NCBI RefSeq assembly: GCF_001194135.2
Contig: NC_068993.1
Location: forward strand, 64,871,818-64,911,506
DNA from: Octopus bimaculoides
Taxonomy: Eukaryota
Length of the DNA: 39,689 nucleotides
Direction: 5' to 3'
How positions within the stretch are numbered: position 1 is the stretch's first letter; the number at the start of each line of letters is the position of its first letter. The notes below the pieces were generated by a model, which worked only from the letters and a program-made list of their open reading frames with translations, was not told the DNA's origin and made no database searches. The position numbers and the translations under genes are program-made. This document shows positions 35,141-39,689 of the stretch, piece after piece.

Positions 35141-36770
35141 TCTGGAGTACTTGGTGATCTTTTTCAACTTCCTTATTTGAAATATTCATGTCATTTGGTA
35201 TGGCTACGTCAATGATCTGACAGTATTTGTCTTTTTTGTTGAGTCCGACAATATCCTGTCGGCGATGCTCAATTCCTCTGCCAGACTGAAAATCATTATC
35301 GCAAAATGTCGTTGTTCTCCCATCCTCCTGCATTACTTTACTCGGCACATGTTCATACCAATTCTCTATTACTTAGTATTGGCATCTACGCCATAAAGCC
35401 AATGAACATACAGATTTTACCATGTCGGCGCTTGAATCCTTTTTTCACAAGGCTCTTACATCCACATACCAAGTGGGTTACATTCTCCACATTCTTTTCA
35501 TAAAGTTTGCATTTCTGGGTGCCAGATGTTTTGTAGATATTATATTTCAAAGAACTGGTATCAAAAGCTTAGTCATCCGCTGCAATTATAAGGCTTTCAG
35601 TGGTAAGCTTCAAATCGCCCTGCTTAAGCCATGTCCATGATGCTACGCTATATTTGATATCCTGTGTATTTCATTCATTCTAACCATGCATTTCATTTCC
35701 AGAAGATATTTTCTCTTCAACTCTTTGGTTAAATTCTTCCTGATCAAACATTTCATCTGTATTTATATCCATACCTTCTGCAGTGTATTGCAACAATGCT
35801 TCGTCACTTTTGATCAAATATTCTGCAAGCGCTCTCTACTCTTTATACAATAATCCACACTGCTGAGACCTCGACCACCATTCTTTCTCCTCGTGTACAA
35901 TATATTTATATTTGCTTCAGAGTGTAAAGTTCCATACAATACCATTAACTTTCTCATCTTTCTATCCAACTTTGATATTTCTTCTTTAGTCCACCTGAGA
36001 AGGAGTGCATTATATCTAACCACTGCAGTTGCCCAAGTATTCATTGCAATGACTAGATTTCTCGCATTCAGGTTTTTAATATGTCTCTCTAAACTTTTCT
36101 TCCATTTCTTCATGTGAAATATCATCCAGCTCTAAAATCCCCAAATACTTGTATCTACTATCTTCTGATTGCCTAAGGGTTTCTCCCAACAGCAGCCGTA
36201 ATCCATTACAGGCAACTTTCTTCCCTTTTTTCGTATTAAGCTCAGAGCATTCGAAACTCCCAAATTCCATACTGATGTCGCTGCTACATATCTGGACTTC
36301 TCAAACAGTTTCAGGCCATCCATAAACAGAAGATTGTTTATGAATGGTCTCCTCTTCCCCCACTGGTAACCAATTTTAACTTGCCTAAGTATCAGTGTTA
36401 TAATCATAAATGCTATAACAAAAGAATCGCCTTGAAAGATGCTCTTTTTCATTTCTACTTTTCCAAGGAATACACTGCTCGAGTACAACTTGGTCTTTCA
36501 CCCTAACATAGTATTCAGAAGAAAATTAGTGATGTTATCAACAATACCAAACATCTGCAGTCATTCAACAATACAAGAATGAGACGCCATATTACATAGT
36601 TCCTTAAGGTCATTCCAGGCCTTAAACATGTCGTTATGACGTTTTCTACAATGCCTCAAAACCGTCTTACAGATAACCAGGTGAAACTTAGTACCCCGAG
36701 ATCTCTTCCTACATCCTTTTTGTTTCCTTGGTAATATTCCTACTATTATTATTGTGTTTATTCTTGTGTT
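35141..36770 (-). mobile_element. R4/Dong-type LINE pseudogene fragment (RT to RLE), second subfamily
   Basis: QKGCRKRSRGTK; IFQGDS; LLFMDGLKLF; YKYLGILE; LNARNLVIAMNTWATAVVRY; LYTRRKNGGRGL; RQDIVGLNKKDKYCQIIDVAIPND..EVEK (PD-(D/E)xK RLE). Confidence 0.93.
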
Positions 36771-37254
36771 CCTTCCCTATATAAGTAACACTAAATACAT
36801 ATTCTCAGCAAAAAACAGAGACACAACTTAATGCTAGTCTGAAGAAGTGCCAATCCAAAATATTCATCCGGGAAAATTGCATAATTTTTTACACAGAATC
36901 ATTTACATGAAAAGTAATTGAAGACAAAGTGGTACAGAATCAACTGTATAGAGTGTTAACGTTGTCATATGCATTTAACGTTTTATATTTAATTAAACAT
37001 TATTCTTCGAAATACTTAAACAATGGTCATGCTAGTGAAGATTCTGGAATATCTGCGCCTGAGGACGCATTTAAAATTTCTTGAAACTTCCAGTACGAGA
37101 TTGCAGGTAGCCAAGAGTTCGACTCGACTGCTGCATTCGGAATATAACTATCAGTACCTATACTATATACATATACAAATATATGCATACATATATACAC
37201 ACACATATATGTACATACATATATATATACATGCATACATATATATATATATAC

Positions 37255-37870
37255 ATATACATATATGCATACATTTATATACATACATATATATATGCAT
37301 ACATTTATATACGTACATATATATATGCATACATTTATATACGTACATATATATATGCATACATTTATATACGTACATATATATATGCATACATTTATAT
37401 ACGTACATATATNNNNNNNNNNNNNNNNNNNNNNNNNNNNNNNNNNNNNNNNNNNNNNNNNNNNNNNNNNNNNNNNNNNNNNNNNNNNNNNNNNNNNNNN
37501 NNNNNNNNNNNNNNNNNNNNNNNNNNNNNNNNNNNNNNNNNNNNNNNNNNNNNNNNNNNNNNNNNNNNNNNNNNNNNNNNNNNNNNNNNNNNNNNNNNNN
37601 NNNNNNNNNNNNNNNNNNNNNNNNNNNNNNNNNNNNNNNNNNNNNNNNNNNNNNNNNNNNNNNNNNNNNNNNNATACATATATATATATGCATACATTTA
37701 TATACATACATATATATATATGCATACATTTATATACATACATATATATATATGCATACATTTATATACATACATATATATATATGCATACATTTATATA
37801 CATACATATATATATATGCATACATTTATATACATATATATATATGCATACATTTATATACATACATATA
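37255..37870. repeat. ~30-bp TA-rich minisatellite spanning an N-gap
   Basis: Unit atatatgcatacatttatatac(g/a)tacatat repeated on both sides of the gap. Confidence 0.93.
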
Positions 37871-37880
37871 TATATATATA

Positions 37881-37995
37881 GGCGCAGGAGTGGCTGTGGT
37901 AAGTGGCGTGGTCGATAAATTAAGTACCAGTTGCGTACTGGTGTCGATCTAATCGACTGGTCCACTGCTCAAAAATATTCGGGCCTTTTTATTAC
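37881..37995 (+). mobile_element. Chimeric SINE: family B head fused to family A 3' body
   Basis: ggcgcaggagtggctgtggtaagt is joined to ggtcgataaattaagtaccagttgcgtactggtgtcgatctaatcgact. Confidence 0.7.
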
Positions 37996-38086
37996 AACAT
38001 TGGTCGATATTAAAAAAAAAATTTAAGTAAATATTAACCGAATAAATTATAATGCATATATCTACTGACGATATTTCTTTTTATAA

Positions 38087-38256
38087 GCGCAGAAGTGGCT
38101 GTGTGGCAAGTAGCTCGCTTACCAAGCACATGGTTCCGGGTTCAATCCCACTGCGTGTCACCTTCAGCAAGTGTTTTCTACTATAACTTCGGGGCGACTA
38201 AAACCATGCGAGTGGATTCGGTAGGCGGAAACTGAAGGAAGCCTGTCGTATGAATG

Positions 38257-38287
<31 letters not shown>

Positions 38288-38491
38288 TTGTGTGTGTATG
38301 TGTTTGTACCCCCAACAACTGTTGACAACCAATGGTGGTGTGTTTACGTCCCCGAACCCAAGAGGTTCGGCAAAAGAGACCAATAGAATAAAGAATAAGT
38401 CTTAAAAAGAATAAGTCTTAGGGTGATTTGCTCGGCTAAAGGCGATGCACCAGCATGGCCACAGTCAAATAACTGAAATAAGTAAAAGAAT
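38087..38491 (+). mobile_element. SINE family B, full length, with internal (TG)n
   Basis: tRNA-like head gcgcagaagtggctgtgtggcaagtagc..ggttcaatccc, CORE-like gtcaccttcagcaagtg, and tail ccagcatggccacagtcaaataactgaaataagtaaaagaata. Confidence 0.92.
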
Positions 38492-39370
38492 ATACATATA
38501 TATACGTATATATACATATATACACATGTATATAAACATATATATATATATATACATACATATAAACATATATATATATATATAAATACATATATATATA
38601 CATATATATACATGCATATATATACATGTATATACACATATATATACATGCATATATATACATATATATATGCATTGTTTACACCGCCTGTCTTCGTCTG
38701 TTTTTTCGTAAATTCTACATATATATATATATACATATATACATATATATATACATACATATACATACATACATACATATATATATATACATATATATAT
38801 GTGCGTGTGAGTAAAAATAAATACAAAAAAGGGGTTTTGTATGATCGTGTATAGAGGAATATATTATTTTATTTAAAAGAGTTCCAACTCTGTCTGTTTT
38901 TTATGTTTTATTTATATTCTTGTAAAATTAATGTGGGATATAGAATATGGAATATATAATATAAAAATGGATGGTACAATGAAATGAAGTATTGAATGCC
39001 TTATTAAATATATGAAATATTGAGTGTTCAATATAAAGGATTAAATATACAAAGGCNNNNNNNNNNNNNNNNNNNNNNNNNNNNNNNNNNNNNNNNNNNN
39101 NNNNNNNNNNNNNNNNNNNNNNNNNNNNNNNNNNNNNNNNNNNNNNNNNNNNNNNNNNNNNNNNNNNNNNNNNNNNNNNNNNNNNNNNNNNNNNNNNNNN
39201 NNNNNNNNNNNNNNNNNNNNNNNNNNNNNNNNNNNNNNNNNNNNNNNNNNNNNNNNNNNNNNNNNNNNNNNNNNNNNNNNNNNNNNNNNNNNNNNNNNNN
39301 NNNNNNNNNNNNNNNNNNNNNNNNNNNNNNNNNNNNNNNNNNNNNNNNNNNNNNNNNNNNNNNNNNNNNN

Positions 39371-39409
<39 letters not shown>

Positions 39410-39472
39410 CATCCTTTAAACTGCTATATCTGCATAAATGTTCGCCGGTTTTCAGAAATCTTCCCATACTGT

Positions 39473-39509
39473 ACCACAATTCAGCATAGAGTCTATGCTG
39501 AATTGTGGT
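39473..39509. other. Perfect 17-bp inverted repeat with 3-nt loop
   Basis: accacaattcagcatag-agt-ctatgctgaattgtggt. Confidence 0.95.
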
Positions 39510-39539
39510 GGTATATATATATATACATATATATATACC

Positions 39540-39689
39540 TATATATACATATATACATACATATACATATATATACATACATATACATATATATACATAC
39601 ATATACATATATATACATACATATACATATATATACATACATATACATATATATACATACATATACATATATATACATACATATACATA
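39540..39689. repeat. 20-bp period TA/CA minisatellite running off the window end
   Basis: atatacatatatatacatac repeated. Confidence 0.93.

Noticed and set aside
37105-37116. caggtagccaag resembling the R2 target site in 28S
   Set aside because: Only about 9 nt match and there is no flanking rDNA homology.

Overview
Repeat-dense, AT-rich animal genomic DNA with five N-gaps. The SINE families, microsatellite load and GC-rich rRNA expansion suggest an octopod cephalopod (inference, no database search). Only one host gene is supported, on the + strand: a CUB-domain exon (3994-4146) and a phase-compatible terminal exon with a transmembrane helix and short tail (8243-8469). Its 5' exons are not visible. 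The window opens with a >=2.7 kb CpG-dense (TTCG/TACG)n satellite fused directly to a damaged ~300 bp 28S rRNA fragment (- strand). The rest is a mosaic of three tRNA-headed SINE families, R4/Dong-type and RTE-type LINE fragments, two decayed Tc1/mariner elements joined head-to-head, and micro/minisatellites. Almost all ORFs in the supplied track are artefacts of simple repeats or N-gaps. I found no intact novel multi-gene system. The most interesting signals are the rDNA-satellite junction, an apparent opposite-strand use of (TAA)n/(TTA)n tracts by Dong LINEs versus SINE-A (with SINE stacking), the fused mariner pair, and a CpG-depleted domain that no visible gene explains. Repeat boundaries are by eye (about +/-10-30 bp). 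Family assignments rest on recalled motifs, not searches.
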